A stretch of 64,000 nucleotides of DNA from Phaeosaccion multiseriatum (lineage: Eukaryota; Protista; Ochrophyta, other classes): the NCBI GenBank assembly GCA_965112735.1, contig OZ218951.1, positions 1,612,001 through 1,676,000 on the forward strand, written 5' to 3'. A model generated the notes under the pieces. It had not been told where the DNA came from and did not search any database. It worked only from the letters and a program-made list of their open reading frames with translations. This document shows, in pieces, positions 26,490-40,219 of this stretch (positions within the stretch are counted from its first letter, which is position 1; the number at the start of each line of letters is the position of its first letter). Both the position numbers and the translations under genes were made by a program.

Positions 26490-27807
26490 CCGGCACGCAC
26501 GCACGCACGTACGCACGACAAATCGGGGAGTTGGCGTGCTTCCATGTGGACTGATAGGGGGGGCGGCAGCAGAGAAGTGTATTATAGGGTGTGTCACCAA
26601 CTGCTGCACTCTGCTCTTTCTCTTGTAGAATAGTAATAGCTTAGACTTAGGTATCGAAGGAGCACTTTTCCGCCCCCCGCTCCAGTAAAGAGTAAGAAAT
26701 TCTCTACGTAATCGCTGAACTGAACCCGTAGTCCGAAGCAAGTATCGACACACTCTCGACACGATTGACACTGTCTAGCGTCAATCGAGACACGCTGCCA
26801 TTGCCTAGCGCCTGGCCTGCAGAGTGTCAGGACACACCGCACATCTCAGAGCCGGCGCCGCATAGGGACGACGTTGGCCCGGGCCCTTCTCACCAAGTCA
26901 GGCACACACAGGACCGGATGGAGGTGAGGTCCACTCATATCCATCGTGTTCAGGGCGTGGCCTGGCACACCTCCTCCACCCTCTCCTCCTCCTCCTCCTC
27001 CTCCTCGTCATCGTCCTCCCCTCCTCCTCCTCCTCCTCCGTCTCTCGCTCCTCCTCCTTCCTCTTCTCCTCCAGTCTGCGCTGCTCTCTTTCTCACAGCG
27101 ACCGTTCTATTTCTGCTCGCATCAGGACTGCCCTGCAAAACGCACTCGACTCAGCCGCAGCAGCTGTTGCGCCAGAGAGAGAGAGGGAGGAGAGGGAGAG
27201 AGAGAGAGAGGAGAGAGAGAGGGGGACAGAGAGGAGACAGAGAGGGAGAGACGAGAGAGAGGGAGAGGGAGATCGAGAAAGAGATAAAAGAGGGACAGAG
27301 AAAAGGGAGGTGATGTGGCGTCCACAACGCTCAGTCCGTCCCGTCCGTCAATCAGCGTGTCAATCGAAGGCGGGATGAGACCCAAGCTTCCCTCAACTGA
27401 AACTGACACTGCTCGAAGTCGTTGGTGGCCGCTGATTGTGCACAGAGGGCCCATCGGAGAGAGAGCGAGAGAGAGAGAGGAGCGTCCACCACGGTAAAGT
27501 TTAGGCACCAAAGTATCGTCTCCGCCTCGATGCTGCTGTATCACCAACTGCTGCTGCTGGTGCTTCCTGTCGCCTTTGCCGCCCCCCTCTCCTCTCTGCG
27601 ATGTACGCTGCTAGCCCCCCTCGAGCCCTCATCTTATCGCCGTCGAAGCTAGCGACTCAGTGGGGGCGCTCGCTTGCATACACTTCTTTAGGGGAAGGGG
27701 AGGAGGGGAGAGAGACGCTAAAGGAAGCTGAAGAGCTCAGGCGACTGCAAAGCAGCCCTCATTTCTGTTTCCCTATTCGATCGAGAGCGCGTGTGGGAAA
27801 TGCCAAA

Positions 27808-28668
27808 TCAAAACACAGCGAAGAATGGCCTCGAGGTGGCGCCCCAAACACTCTCCGGTCTGCGCAGCTGCTGCAGCTCCTCGTCGCTGCAAGTCTCCAA
27901 TAGCTCGGTGAAGGTGACAATGTAGCGGAGAATGACAATGTCCACCACCAAGGTCACCAGGAACCACCACGCGCCACACAGTACCATGAATGCGTCCCCT
28001 AAGAGACGCAGGTAGTAGAAGATTCGGTAAACCATTGCCCACTTGCGGTCGTATCCCCGCCCGGCCAGAAAGCCAGCTACCGGGCCCCACACTAGCAAGA
28101 TCAAGTACCTGCAAGGGGGAAATGGAAGTACATTCATCGAGCCCAAAGGTGGCAAAAAGGGGGGAAGAAGGTGAGGAAGGCGCATGTGCTTGGGGTTGTT
28201 CTTGAGGGGCACAGAAGAAGAAACGAAGGCGGCGAGTAGTAAGCACCTCCTTCTCTCTTCACCCTTCCCCACTTACCCTTGCAGGAGCAGCGTGTTGAGG
28301 AGGAGAAAGGCTCCGCTGACACAGGCGAATAGCTTGACACCCCTGCCAAGGCTTACGGTGTCCATCATTCGCTGCTCATGTCCCAGAAACACCGTTGTGC
28401 CTTGCAGCCCGCCTCCTCCTGCTCCTCCTCCTCCTCTTCCTCCTCCTCCTGCTCCTCCTCGAATGGCGTCTCCCATGGCTTTGTCTGGAACTTGCTGGTA
28501 GGCGCTCGGGAGCAGACCTGCTGTCTGGTAGCCGCCGCCACTACCAATACCTCCGTCATCTGCGTATGGCGTTTGAGGGGAGTAGCTTTCCTGTTGTTGC
28601 TGTTGCTTCTCTGGTTGGAGCGTCTTGTCCTTGATCTTGGAGGAGGAAGAAGAGGACTTCTTTCCCAT
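27808..28668 (-). CDS. Hypothetical membrane protein (2 exons)
   Basis: MGKKSSSS...GRGVKLFACVSGAFLLLNTLLLQ spliced to YLILLVWGPVAGFLAGRGYD...WWFLVTLVVDIVIL; gtaagt donor and gcag acceptor. Confidence 0.65.
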
Positions 28669-29510
28669 CTTTAGACTGCTCAAAGACCGAACAAGCTTCA
28701 AGGAGGTCGTGAGACGCGCACGTACACTTGTATAGAGAGCCGGGCCTGTTGAATGTTGTGTTTTCGGCTGCCTTTGCTAATGTGCTTTACGTTCTCGCCC
28801 CCCCCCCGAATGAAATTTGTCCACAAGGTGCCATCCATCGTAATTTGAAGTTTGAAATGATTCGCCCCTACCCTTCCTCCACCACCACAATGACCAGCTT
28901 CTAGGGAGCAAGCCATAAGGGGCTTAAAAGAAACCGTCCATCAGCAGCAACAGTAGTAATTGAAGCATACGGGGGTGATGGCGCTTCAGGGGAGAGGGGA
29001 CGGGAGGTCGAAGCCTGAGCAGCACGGCAGACTCCTGAGACCAAGCAAGAGCGGGAGCTGTGGAGATGCAAGCTCCACAGACGATGTGATGATTGGGATC
29101 TCGACAGGGTCGTCTCGAAGTAGTCGCCGTGGTGGAGTAGGGGTCTTTGTGGCACGTGAGTCAGAGGTAGCCATACGATCTCGTACAAAGTGCATTGAGT
29201 CAGTCAGGGACAGCAGGCGGTTCATGTATAGAGAAGCAAGACGCAAGGAAAAGCTTTCCTTTCCCAGGGTGGGAATGTTGCTGTTTTTCCCTGGCTAGTA
29301 TGCAGCCCGAAGCCGAACGAGAAGGAGTCTCAAACGCCAATGTCTCACCTCTGTGAGCTGTGGCGCTCCTTCTCCTATTGTCCCATCTCTCATTTCTCTC
29401 TCAATCCCTCCCTCTCTCTTTCCGGCCATCTTGCCCCCCTACCCCCCCAACCTCGCGCTCATGTGTTAACAGGACCTTCACGCAAGCGACGACACCCTGG
29501 CTGGCGTACA

Positions 29511-29792
29511 ATGCTCACGTCCTCTTCCTTGTCTCTCTCGTCAACCTTAGCGTCCTACCGAGGAACTGCAGAGGCATTTCCATGCACCAGCAGTAGTAGC
29601 AGCACTAGAGAGTCACCATTGGCATTCTTATCATCGCAGGTAGTCATACCGCGGCGGCGGTCTCAGGCCTCAAGAGGAGCCTCCTCTGCCGACGAGGCCA
29701 GTCCAGGGGCTCGTCCTCCTCCTCCGAAGCAGCACGGGGGTGGGCGGGCCAGTAGGCAAGGAAGGGGGCGGCCTACTGGGTCCCGGCAACAG

Positions 29793-29827
<35 letters not shown>

Positions 29828-32800
29828 GCCGCAGCAGCGAACGGGCCGAGGGTTGGGGCAGGCGGGAGGCACGGGGAGAGGGGGGGGGAGAAGGGGAGGG
29901 AGGGGCAGAGGCGCCGGAAGAGGAGACAATAGAAACAACAGTAGCAGAAGCAGTGACAGCAGCAGCGATGCCTTTGGGCAGGACAGGCCGGGCGAGCAGG
30001 CGCGTGCTGTACCAGCAGCCGGGACAGGCCTGTGGGGAGGAGGAGCAACAGCAGCAGTAGTAGCAGGAGGAGGAGGAGTCACAAGCAGAGCAGGAGGAGT
30101 AGGAGGAATAGAGAGTGGTGCAGCGCTGGCTCTGCTGCGCTCCTATACCCTGCGCATCCAACAAGCGGGCAAGCAGGGCGACTGGCGAGGCGCGGTGGCG
30201 CTGATTGGTGAGCTCGAGAGTCAGGGCGTGGAGCCTAACAACTTCACCTTCACCGCCGCCATTACGGCCTGCAACAATTGCAATCAGCTCGAGGAAGCAT
30301 GTCGCTTGCAGTACATGGCGCTCGAGCGCTTTGGAAGCGCCTTTCCCATGTCTGGGGGCGTGCAGCTCATGAAACGGCTTCTGGCGGGGAGGAAGGAGGA
30401 ACACGTCATTGTGCTGTTCGAGGTTAGTTTGAGTCTTAGTTAGTTGGTCAGTTTGGGGTCATTCATATGTGTGACTTGGACAGAGTGGGGGGGGGGGGGG
30501 GAGTGTGATCATGATAGAGTAGAAGGGGGGGGGGGGGGGGGCAGAAAGAAAGGAGGGGCGGGGACTATATACGGGGCAAAAGAATGGTGAGAGAGAGGAG
30601 CTACTTGCGAATACCAAGCAAGGCCTACTCTCACTGTCTGATGGTACAGTGGCCCTCTCACTCTCTGATCCAGCGTACGCCCCCCCCCCCTCCTCCTCTC
30701 CGCCTCCTCCTCTCCGCCTCCTCCTCCTCCTCCTCCTCCTCCTCCTCCTCCTCCTCCTCCTCCTCCTCCTCCTCCTCCTCCTCCTCCTCCCCCTCCTCCT
30801 CCTCTCCGCCTCCTCCTCCTCCTCCGCCTCCGCCTCCTCCTCCTCCACCACCACCACCTCCCTTCTCCTCCGCCTCCTCCTCCGCCACCACCACCACCTC
30901 CTCCTCCTCCGGCTCCTTTTCCTCCTCCACGACCACCACCTCATCCTCCTCCCCCTTATCCTACTCTCCCTCTTCCTCCTCAACAACACGCAGTCACTGA
31001 GAACGATGGGGTGCTTTGACGAGCCTGGCGTCCCTGCCCACGATATTGAGAAGGCATTTTGCTTCGCGTGTAGAGCCTGTGAGCGGCTTGTGGCAGGCAA
31101 GAAGATTGTGCAAATCTATGAGGACTACTGCCTTGATGGCAAGCCGGCCCACCGGGGGGGGCGGGCACTTGGCTATCGTCAGATGGTGAGGAGCGCGTAC
31201 CGGAGGATGGATGCCAAAGCAGCAGCTCACGCGAGCTATCGACTGGAGGCGAGGAGGAGAGGGAATACAGATGCCAAAACAACAGCGCAGAAGAGTGCAG
31301 CAGCTGCTGCAGGAAGGGGGGGACGAGAAGGAGGAGGAGGAAGAGGAGGAGGAGGAGGAGGAGGAGGAGGAGGAGGAGGAGGGGGGGGGGCTGGTGGTGC
31401 TGTTGTATCACCAACTGGCAGTGGTAGTGGTGCTGGCCAGAGGCAGGCCGCACCTCCCTCCCCCTACGAGATTCTCGATCAGAGCTTCCCCTGTATGGTC
31501 TTTCGGACCCTGTACAAGGCGAAGCTCTTCGAGGAGGCGGCAGAATACATTGAGGAGGCCCTCGCGTCGGAGAGACTCCGAAACGACGTTCTCGTGAACA
31601 TGGCCATTAATTGCTACGCGAAGAACAAGGAGTGGGAGAAGGCCCTGCACGTGTTTAGGGCGATCGCTAAGGAGTACGGCTTCACTCCCGACGCCATGAG
31701 TGAGTCCTCTGACGAGCTGGAGGGGAGGGGTGGCAGGGAAGGAGAGGGCGGGAGGGGAGGGAGTGACTGAGTTACGAGGGAGGGAGTGCCCATGACAACG
31801 ACTTGCTCGGCCCCTATCTTGGGCGAAGGGCTGGCCGGTTCGACCGTCTTCCTCCTCCCTCCCTCCCTCCCTCCCTCCCTCCTCCTGTATCACCATCTGC
31901 TCCACCCCTCTGATATACGCGCCAACTAACAACTCCCGTACCTCCAACTGCTGCAGGCTACTGCGTCGCCATCAGTGCCCTGCGCGAGTCGGATAACCTT
32001 CAGGATGTGCTCGATATGTTTGACGAGATGCTCAGCGTACACAAGTGGGAGACGGGCTACGGCAGCAGCCGAGGAGGGAAAGAGGTACGACGGGGGCGAG
32101 GGGCGCACATGTTTTGCTGATTGTCTTGCTGCCTGGCTTGGCTTTGCTTGCTGACCCCTCGTTAACCCCTCGCGAACCCCTTCACCCTTCTTTCACCCCT
32201 CCTTTATCCTCTCGTTACCTACCCCCTTGGCTATTCAGGCTCGGTCTACTTTCCCACCTCCTCCAACTCTCGCTGCAGAGGCAGCCGCTGTCCAATCGGG
32301 GAAACGCACCACCCCACACATCAGCAAGGACAGGGCCCTCACCGTGGCCTTCAACACAGCGTTGGACTCGTGTGATCGGGCAGGCAGACCCGATGCAGCC
32401 AACGAACTCTTCGTCAAGGGCAAGAGGAGGGGCGTGGTGGTCGACGGGGTGTCGTACTGGACCCTGATGGTGGCGCTGGCAAGGGCGAGTTTGTTCGAGG
32501 AGATGCTGCTCGTGTTTGAAGAGGCGAGTAGTGGGTGTATGGGTTGGTTGGCTTGGCTGTTCGCCTTGTTGCTACAGGAGGCTTCAACCCTCCCTCTTTT
32601 CCCGCTCTTACCCGCTCTTTCTCTCTGTGTCTCTTGTGTGTGCGTCTCTCCCTCTCTCCCTCCCTTCCTCCCTCTCTCTCCGTCTCTCTCTCTCTCTCGC
32701 TCTCTCTCCCCTGCAAGCAGAGTCTGTCCCTTAAGCTGTATCCCAACACGCAGTCGTGCAACTTCCTCCTCACGCTCTGCGCCAAGCAAGGGGCCGCTGC

Positions 32801-33853
32801 GCCAGCCCTAAGCATCTTTGCTCTCATGCGCAAGGCCAAGATCAAGGTGTGACACGCACGCATACAGGAGTGCAGGAGAGGAGAGGAAAGGAAAGGAAAG
32901 AAGAAGAGGACCACAGAGGAATGGAAAGGAGACCTTGAGATCTCAGGTCCTGACTGACCCCACTGCCGGACTCACTCCTTTACTGGCTTATTAACTCACT
33001 CACTCACTCACTCACTCAACTCACTGACATACTGACTGAATGTGGATCTACAGATCACTGCCGTCTCGTACAATGCGGCCCTCACGGCGTGCTACCGCGG
33101 GGGGAGGAAGGACTCCCTCCTGGACCTCTTCAAGGAGATGCAGCTGCAAAGACTCGTGCCCGACGCGAGGTGCTTCCACCAAGTCTTCATGGTACGTGGG
33201 TTGGGGTGGGTGTAACCCCAACTCAAACCCCATCCCCAACCACTTCCCATCCACTGCCATCCCCTCCACCCCACCAACCTCTATCCACAGACGTACGTGG
33301 AGAGGGACGAGTGGGAGAAAGCCACTTACACCATCAGCATGAGCTTGCAAGAGGGCGTGGAGATGGAGGAGGGGCAACTTGCCAGAGTCTTTGCCACACT
33401 TGCCCGAGCAGGTGCGTGCGTGCGTGCGTGGGTGCGCGGTGGTAAGAGGAGGAGGGAGTCTCTCTCTCTGTGTGTGTTTGTGGCGCAAGGTGGCACAAGT
33501 GGGAGTCCCGACTGAGACGGACGTTGTGAAGCCAGGGGACAGGGGATAGAGTAAGGTAGAGGGTATGTACATGGAGTGACGCAAAAGAGGGCGGCGTGAT
33601 GAATTCTCTCTCACACACACTCTCTCCCTCTCTCTCTCATCATAATGTGTTCCTGCACATCCACTATATATAATATGTATTCTATTATGTATGTATTATG
33701 TATGTATTCAAACTATTAACACACTCCTTGCCTACGCTCAGGCCAAACTGCCGCCGTGCGAAGCTTGCTGCTGGAGATGGAGCAGCACGGAGAGCCTGTG
33801 CGAGAGAGCGCTTTGACTGCCCTCATAACCAGTCTGTGCAAGGAGGTGAGGGA

Positions 33854-33884
<31 letters not shown>

Positions 33885-36772
33885 AGAGGGAGGAGAGAGA
33901 GGGACTGGGAGAGAGAGAGACAAGAGGGGGAGGCAAAGTGTAAGAGGGGCTGGGGTAGGGGAAGAGAGACAGAAGCTTCTTGGAAGAGAAGGAAAAAAAC
34001 TGAAAGTATAGGAAGGAGAGGGAGGACCATGCACTCAAAAGGCGTGAATGGCTCATCCTTTTCATCTTTTCGCCCACCCGCCCCCAACGCACCACAACTC
34101 ACCACACCACTACCACATTCTCTGCCCCTACCCCCCGTCCCTCTCTCCCTCCCGCTCTACCTCCCCTCCTCTCCCCCTCCACCTCCCCCTTTCCTCATCC
34201 TCTCTCTCTCTCTCTCTCTGTATACCATACCACAGGAGAAAGTACAGGAAGCGCTAACGCAGCTCCGCCTCCTCCGCCACCAGGGCAAGCCCATCCACAC
34301 CGCGGCTTACACCTCTGTCATTACCCACTGTAAACGCTCTCGCAACTGGTCCCTCGCCATGGAGCTCTTCAAGGAAATGGAGAGCGCTCCTCCTGCTTCA
34401 CAGATAGCGCCGAATCAGTACACGTACAACGCACTGCTGAGGGTGCTGATTGAGTGTCGTAAGGTGGAACTTGCTCAGCTCATGGTACAGAGGATGCGGG
34501 ACTCGGTACGTTTCGATCCCCATACCCACCCACACACATACACACACGCACGCGCACACGCACACACTCACTCACCCACCCACCCACCCACCCACACGCC
34601 TCGCAGGGCTTGCCCCTGGACAGTATCACGTTCGGCAGCATGATTAGCGGTTATGCCAACGAGGAGCGTTGGGTCAACGTATTGGACACGTACAGAGAAG
34701 CGCAAAGCTACCTTGGGCTCACCACCACCAACACCACCATCAGCACCACCGCCACCACCACTACCACCACCAACACCAGCATCGGCAGCAGCAGTGGGGC
34801 AGGACAGGGGGCGGAAGAAGAAGAAGAAGAAGAAGGAGGAGGAGGAGGAGGAGGAGGAGGAGGAGGAGGAGGAGGAGGAGGAAGCGCAGCATCATCATCG
34901 TCACCGGAGGCAGAGGAGGACAAAACCATGCAGACAGCGGTCTCTGCTTCTACCCCGATCAACCCCACCACCAACCCACCCGCCAACCAACCCACCCATC
35001 AGCCCTCTGTACGCAAGCGCGAGAGAGTGAGCAACAGAGGTCTGCGCAGCGTGTTCCCAGACGTGCTGAGGGCGTGTGCCGTGCTTGGTGAGTACGAGTT
35101 GGCCATGGAAATTGTGCGCTCCGTACCCGCTGGGCAGCAAGGAGGAGGAGGGGGGGGGGGGCAAGGAGGGGGGCGAGGAGGGGACATACCTATCCAGCGC
35201 AGCGGTAGCAATAGCGGTGGTAGTAGTGGTGGTAGCAGCGGCAGCAGCAGCGGGAGTGTCGTAAGCGTCTTGAGCGGCAAAGTGACAGATGGCAGCAGCG
35301 GTATCGTTGGTGATCCTGACGGCCCTGACGATGCTGACACTAGTGTAAGTGCCAGTGCTATGAGTGCCATGAGAGCTCTGAGTGCTGTGAGTGCATCTGT
35401 GAGTGCTGTGAGTCCCACTGTGTCACCAACTGCTGCAGCCCCCTCCCGGCAGTGGGACGATGTGATGGGCGTGGAGCTGTACGCAGATGCGATTCGCGCC
35501 TGTCAGAGAGCGCAGCAGTGGAAGGCAGCGCTGGAGCTTCTCTACGAGATGGAGACGTTACACGGAGTCAAGCCCGACACGGCGTGCTACAGCGCAGTCG
35601 TCGCGGCCTGTGAGTCTTGCGGAGAGTGGCGTAAGGCGCTCCGATTGCTCCTGCGTATGATCAATGCTGGTGTAGACCCTGACCTCCCTGCCTACCGAGC
35701 GGCCATTAGCGCCTCGGCCAAGTGTGGGGAGTGGAAGCTCGCCATTAAGCTCTTTGGAGGACTCCGTAGCTCGGGACTGGTGCCCGATGGTCCCACCTAT
35801 GGCAGCGCTATTATTGCTTGTGGCAAGGGTGGTCAGCATGAGCACGGGTACGAGCTGTTCTGTGAAGCAAGGGCCGCCGGCTTGACGCTGAGCAAGGAAA
35901 GCCTCAACGCACTCATGGACCTCCTAAACCGAGCAGCAACAAGAGCAGCAGCAGCAGCAGCAGTAGCAGTTGGTGATACAGCAGCAGTCCGTGATACAGC
36001 AGCCGCAGCAGTAGCAGGCGCAGCGGCCGCGGATGTGTTTCAGACGGGAGTTGCTCCTGAAGCCAGCGGGCATGCCAGCAGCAGCAGCAGCAGCAGCAGC
36101 AGTGACGGCGCTGTCAAGAAGGCCGGCGGTCAGACGGCAGTCGAGGCCCTACTCCGAGGAGAGCTGCTGGTAACTGCAGCAGTTGGTACTACAACAGCAG
36201 CTCGCCTGGAATTGGACTTTACAGGTGGATACGGCGTGGGCGTGGCCAAGGCTGCCGTGCGCGCTGTGCTGCCCCTCGTGCTGCGACGCTACATGGACAG
36301 GCGGTTGGCAATGGATGGGGCCGCTTCTGCCTCTGTACCAGAGATTGCCATCTTGCTAGGCGAGGGCGGCGCTGCCGTCGTCGGGAGTGGCCCAGACGAG
36401 TCCATGTTGGTCGTGGACGGGTTGTCTTCCATCGTCGCCAGCACCGCTAGCACTGACAGCAGCGGTAGCATCACCACCACCACCACCACTACCGGTAGCA
36501 GTGGCAGGAGGAGGAGGAAAAGGAGTGTCGGGAAGGGGAAGAAAAGCCCGAGTGGGTCTGGAATCACCGCGGCGAAAAGGGGGGAAGGGGGAGAGGAGGG
36601 GAAGGGGGAGGAGGAGGGTGGGGGAGGGCGTGAAAACACAAGGGCTCCTCCTGTTGAGGGCAAGCAGGGTAAGGATCTCGTGCTTCATTTGATACCCCAG
36701 GCTGGCGATGCAGGCACGCTGCTGGTGACCCAACCCGCTCTATTGGAATGGGTGCAGAGGATGACACAGTAG
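29511..36772 (+). CDS. Multi-exon pentatricopeptide repeat (PPR) protein with a C-terminal degenerate SMR-like domain, probably organelle-targeted
   Basis: Many PPR motifs (GVEPNNFTFTAAITAC, APNQYTYNALLRVL, GVKPDTACYSAVVAAC, GLVPDGPTYGSAIIAC); N-terminal TAEAFP resembles an ASAF-type motif. Confidence 0.9.
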
Positions 36773-37307
36773 GCAGAGAGCTATCTAGGGCGGAAGCGAA
36801 AGAGAGCTACAGCTAGAGTAGCTGGGACAGAAGAGAAGAGAACGATTGATTGCTAACGTATATATATTATATATATACATATAGATGTATGTAAACACCT
36901 TCTCCTTTTTGTCCCGTGTTGTACTCTCCCTTCTGCCCACTCTACTGCTGCTGCTGCTGGCGTAGGTGTTCGCAGCCCAAATGTATATACTCAATAATCA
37001 AGGTTTCTTTTTCCTTTATAAAAAATAAAAATGCACGCGTTGCAAGAACATAATACATATCAATCGTACGTGTTATAAATGAAATTTCCCGTCTATCCCC
37101 GTGTATTTGACTACAATTCCTCCTCGCCTTCCCGTCTCCCTCCCTTCTTCCCTTCTTCCCTTCCCAGATGCAGACCAGTTTAGTCCTCACTTCAAGAAAC
37201 ATACACACACGCATAATAACGTACTTCTCATGTTGCTTCCCATAAATCAATACACTACCCTCGCCACTTTACAGCTCAATGAAGAGGTTCCCAAGCCCCT
37301 CGTCACT

Positions 37308-39691
37308 TCACAGCTTGAAGAAGAGGTTCCAAGCCTTCTCAAGGAAGGACCCACCTTCCGTGGTGGCACTGCGGGCTCCCTGCAGCTCCTTCCTCATTGT
37401 GATCTTCGATGTCCTCACGTTCTGGAGGAGGAAGCCGCTCTGTACGTGAGAGAGAGAGGGAGGAGAGAGAGCGAGCGAGAGAGGCAGAGAGAGAGAGGCG
37501 GAGAGAGACAGAGAGAGAAGAGGAAATTAAGTCAAGAAAGGACAGGAGAGTGCGTGTATGTGTGTGAGAGATACACACAGAGAGAGGAAGAGAAAGAGAG
37601 GGTAGAGAAGAGAGAAGGAGAGGTAAGGCGAGAGAGAGAGAGACACAGAGAGAGAGAGGCTTCCTTTCCTATCTATTCATCTCAAGGGACTAAGTGCTAA
37701 CTCACCGTGTCGTATCTGCGGCATCCCATCCGTCCGCCAAGAAGGGCAAAGAGGGGTAATGGGACGGGGGGGGGCACACACAGCACAGGACGGAAGGTCA
37801 GTCTCAGTAAGGAGGGGGCATGGACATGTCAAGTTTGAAGTTTGAAGTCTCTGCATACCACCGAGAGTCGCGCTCTCTCTCTCGCACTCCCTCCCTCCCT
37901 CCCTCTCGACGGACCTCCATCTTTCCCTCTCTCTCCATCTCTCTCCCTAGTCTCTCTCTGGCTCTCTAGCTCTCCCTCTCTCTCTCGCTCTCTCTGTCCC
38001 TGATTGTGCATTCTGAAATGGTGCCATACGGAGTTTCTTCCTGTCCCTACAAATCAACCCAACATCCTGTGGTTCCCTTTACCCCCCCCCCCCCCACCAC
38101 CACCCCCTTCAATACAAACAGAGTCACCAAACCGACTGACCGACCGACTGACCGACTGACCGACTGACCGACTGACCGACGAGGGTCCGACCAACCTACC
38201 TTCTCGCGGCCCGGTCCACAAAGAGCGACACAAAGCCCATCTTATCGTAGAACTCCCTCGCCCCTGTGTTGTCCTCCTCCACCTGACAGCCGCACCGTAC
38301 AGCACCACAACAGCACCACAACAGCACCACAACAGCACCACAACAGTACGACATCCGGCGGCGGAGGAAACATGAATAGACACATGAGAAGACACGTGAG
38401 AAGACAAGAAGACACGGTGGAGTGAGGGTGAGGGGGTGGTGGAGAGGGTGATGCAGAGGAGAGAGGGAGGGCGGGAGATGGGAGGGAGAGACAGGGAGGA
38501 GGGCGGGGGGGTGGAGGCGACAGAGGGGAGGGAGAGGGAGCTGGAGACAGAGGGAGAGAGAGGAGTGAAGGGAAGAAGCTCACGTTACAGCACTGTTTGG
38601 GTGGGGAGGAGAGGAGCACGGAAGGGGGCTTCTTCTTGTTCCTTCCCGCCGTGCGTGTGTGTTGTGTGTGTGTGTGTGTGTCCATGTGTGTCCCAGCGGG
38701 CTTTCGGATTTGATGGCCGCAGGAAATAAAAAAACTAGCCGGCTAACCCATCTACTGACTGACTCAATGACTCTCTTTTTCTAAGCGACTGACTGACTAA
38801 CTGACAGGCCGAGGGATAGTAGGAAACACAGGAAAGGAAAAGACGTCGACTCACCAGCAGCACAAGCTCGTCGAAGCCGAGACGGGAAGTGAGCTCCTCG
38901 CACTCTCTGAGCAGCTCCGAGCCGACGCCGCTCCTCCTGGCCGAGGGGTCCACAGCGAGATTGCTAATCACGGGTCTCAGGTCTCGGCGGGGAACGCCCT
39001 CTCCCATACCATACGCCATGCCTCTCGTGGGCACCACCTCAATGAAGCCCACTATGCGCGGCGCTCCGCTGTCGCTTCTACTTTCCCTGTCCACGGCCTT
39101 GAGCATGAATCCCCTCTTCGTGTTGCTCTTGGTGCTGCTCACTCCCCCCCAGCGCTCCTTGAGGTCCATGCACTGCTCCGAGTAGAGGCGCTTGAGCTGC
39201 GCCATCTTCCACGGGGTATCTGCGCTTCCAAAGAACACGCTCACGCACAGACGGGACACTTCCTCAATGTCATCAGTGCTCACCCTCTCAATGGCAAACT
39301 TTCCACTGCTCCGGGCCAGCATACCGTCCCCTAACTTGCTGCTGGGAGCACCAGCTTGGCTGCCGCGGCCCCTGACATCGGCCCCCACCGCAGCCGCTGC
39401 CGCCTCTCGCGCCTGCGCTGCTGCCGCTGACCGCTGCTGCTTCAAGCTCTGTGGGGGCTGTGGCGCCCTCGCTGGCGAAGGAATCGTGGCCCCGGCCCAC
39501 CTCTGACTCCGGCCCCCTCTCCCCCCCCGGCCAGGCGCAAACACATTGCTCCGGCTCGCGACGCTGAAGCCACAGCAAGCCGTCAGAGCGGACAACGCCA
39601 GCATCACCTTGAGCAGTACCCCGGCCACCATCCTGGCCTCGCCCCGCCTTCGCCCTCGCGCTGCCGATCGAGGGCGCTTGCGGTTGTCCAT
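37308..39691 (-). CDS. GNAT-family acetyltransferase, probably plastid-targeted; 4 exons including micro-exon 37715-37706
   Basis: ISNLAVDPSARRSGVGSELL (acetyl-CoA motif A), VEEDNTGAREFYDKMGF (motif B); signal-like VLLKVMLALSALTACCGFSV. Confidence 0.88.
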
Positions 39692-40219
39692 GTTCTACGG
39701 ACCACCGGCCTGACCCCTTCCACCTTCCCTTCTTCTCACTTCCTCTACACTTCGCCCTTACTTCTTGTGGACTCTCCACTCCTCTTTATGCTGCTTCGGC
39801 TGCAACTAATAGGGGAGGAGGACGTTGAGCAAGGAGAAGAGAGAGAAGACGAAGACGGTCAAATTTATGTCACAACACGGAGAGGTCCATGTCATCGCAA
39901 GACAGAAAAGAAAATCGATGGCCTCGACTTTCCTTGACTTTTCCTCCCCCTCTTGCTCTCATAGATGGCACTTCTCCTCCCCCCTCTCTTAACCCCTTCC
40001 TTCTCCTCTCTTTTCGTCTATTATCGTACGGTATCATCTTCCTTTTTCATCTCTCCTCCTCCTCCTCTTCCCCCTACTCTTTGGTCTACCATCACGAAGA
40101 AATCACTGAGCTTGGATTTGCCGCTTGGATGACTTCCATCCAGGGAGCCCCCCTCTGAGAGCTGGGCATCAGCTCATCCGGCTATAGTGTGCTGGGCATC
40201 AGCTGATCCGGCTGTAGAG

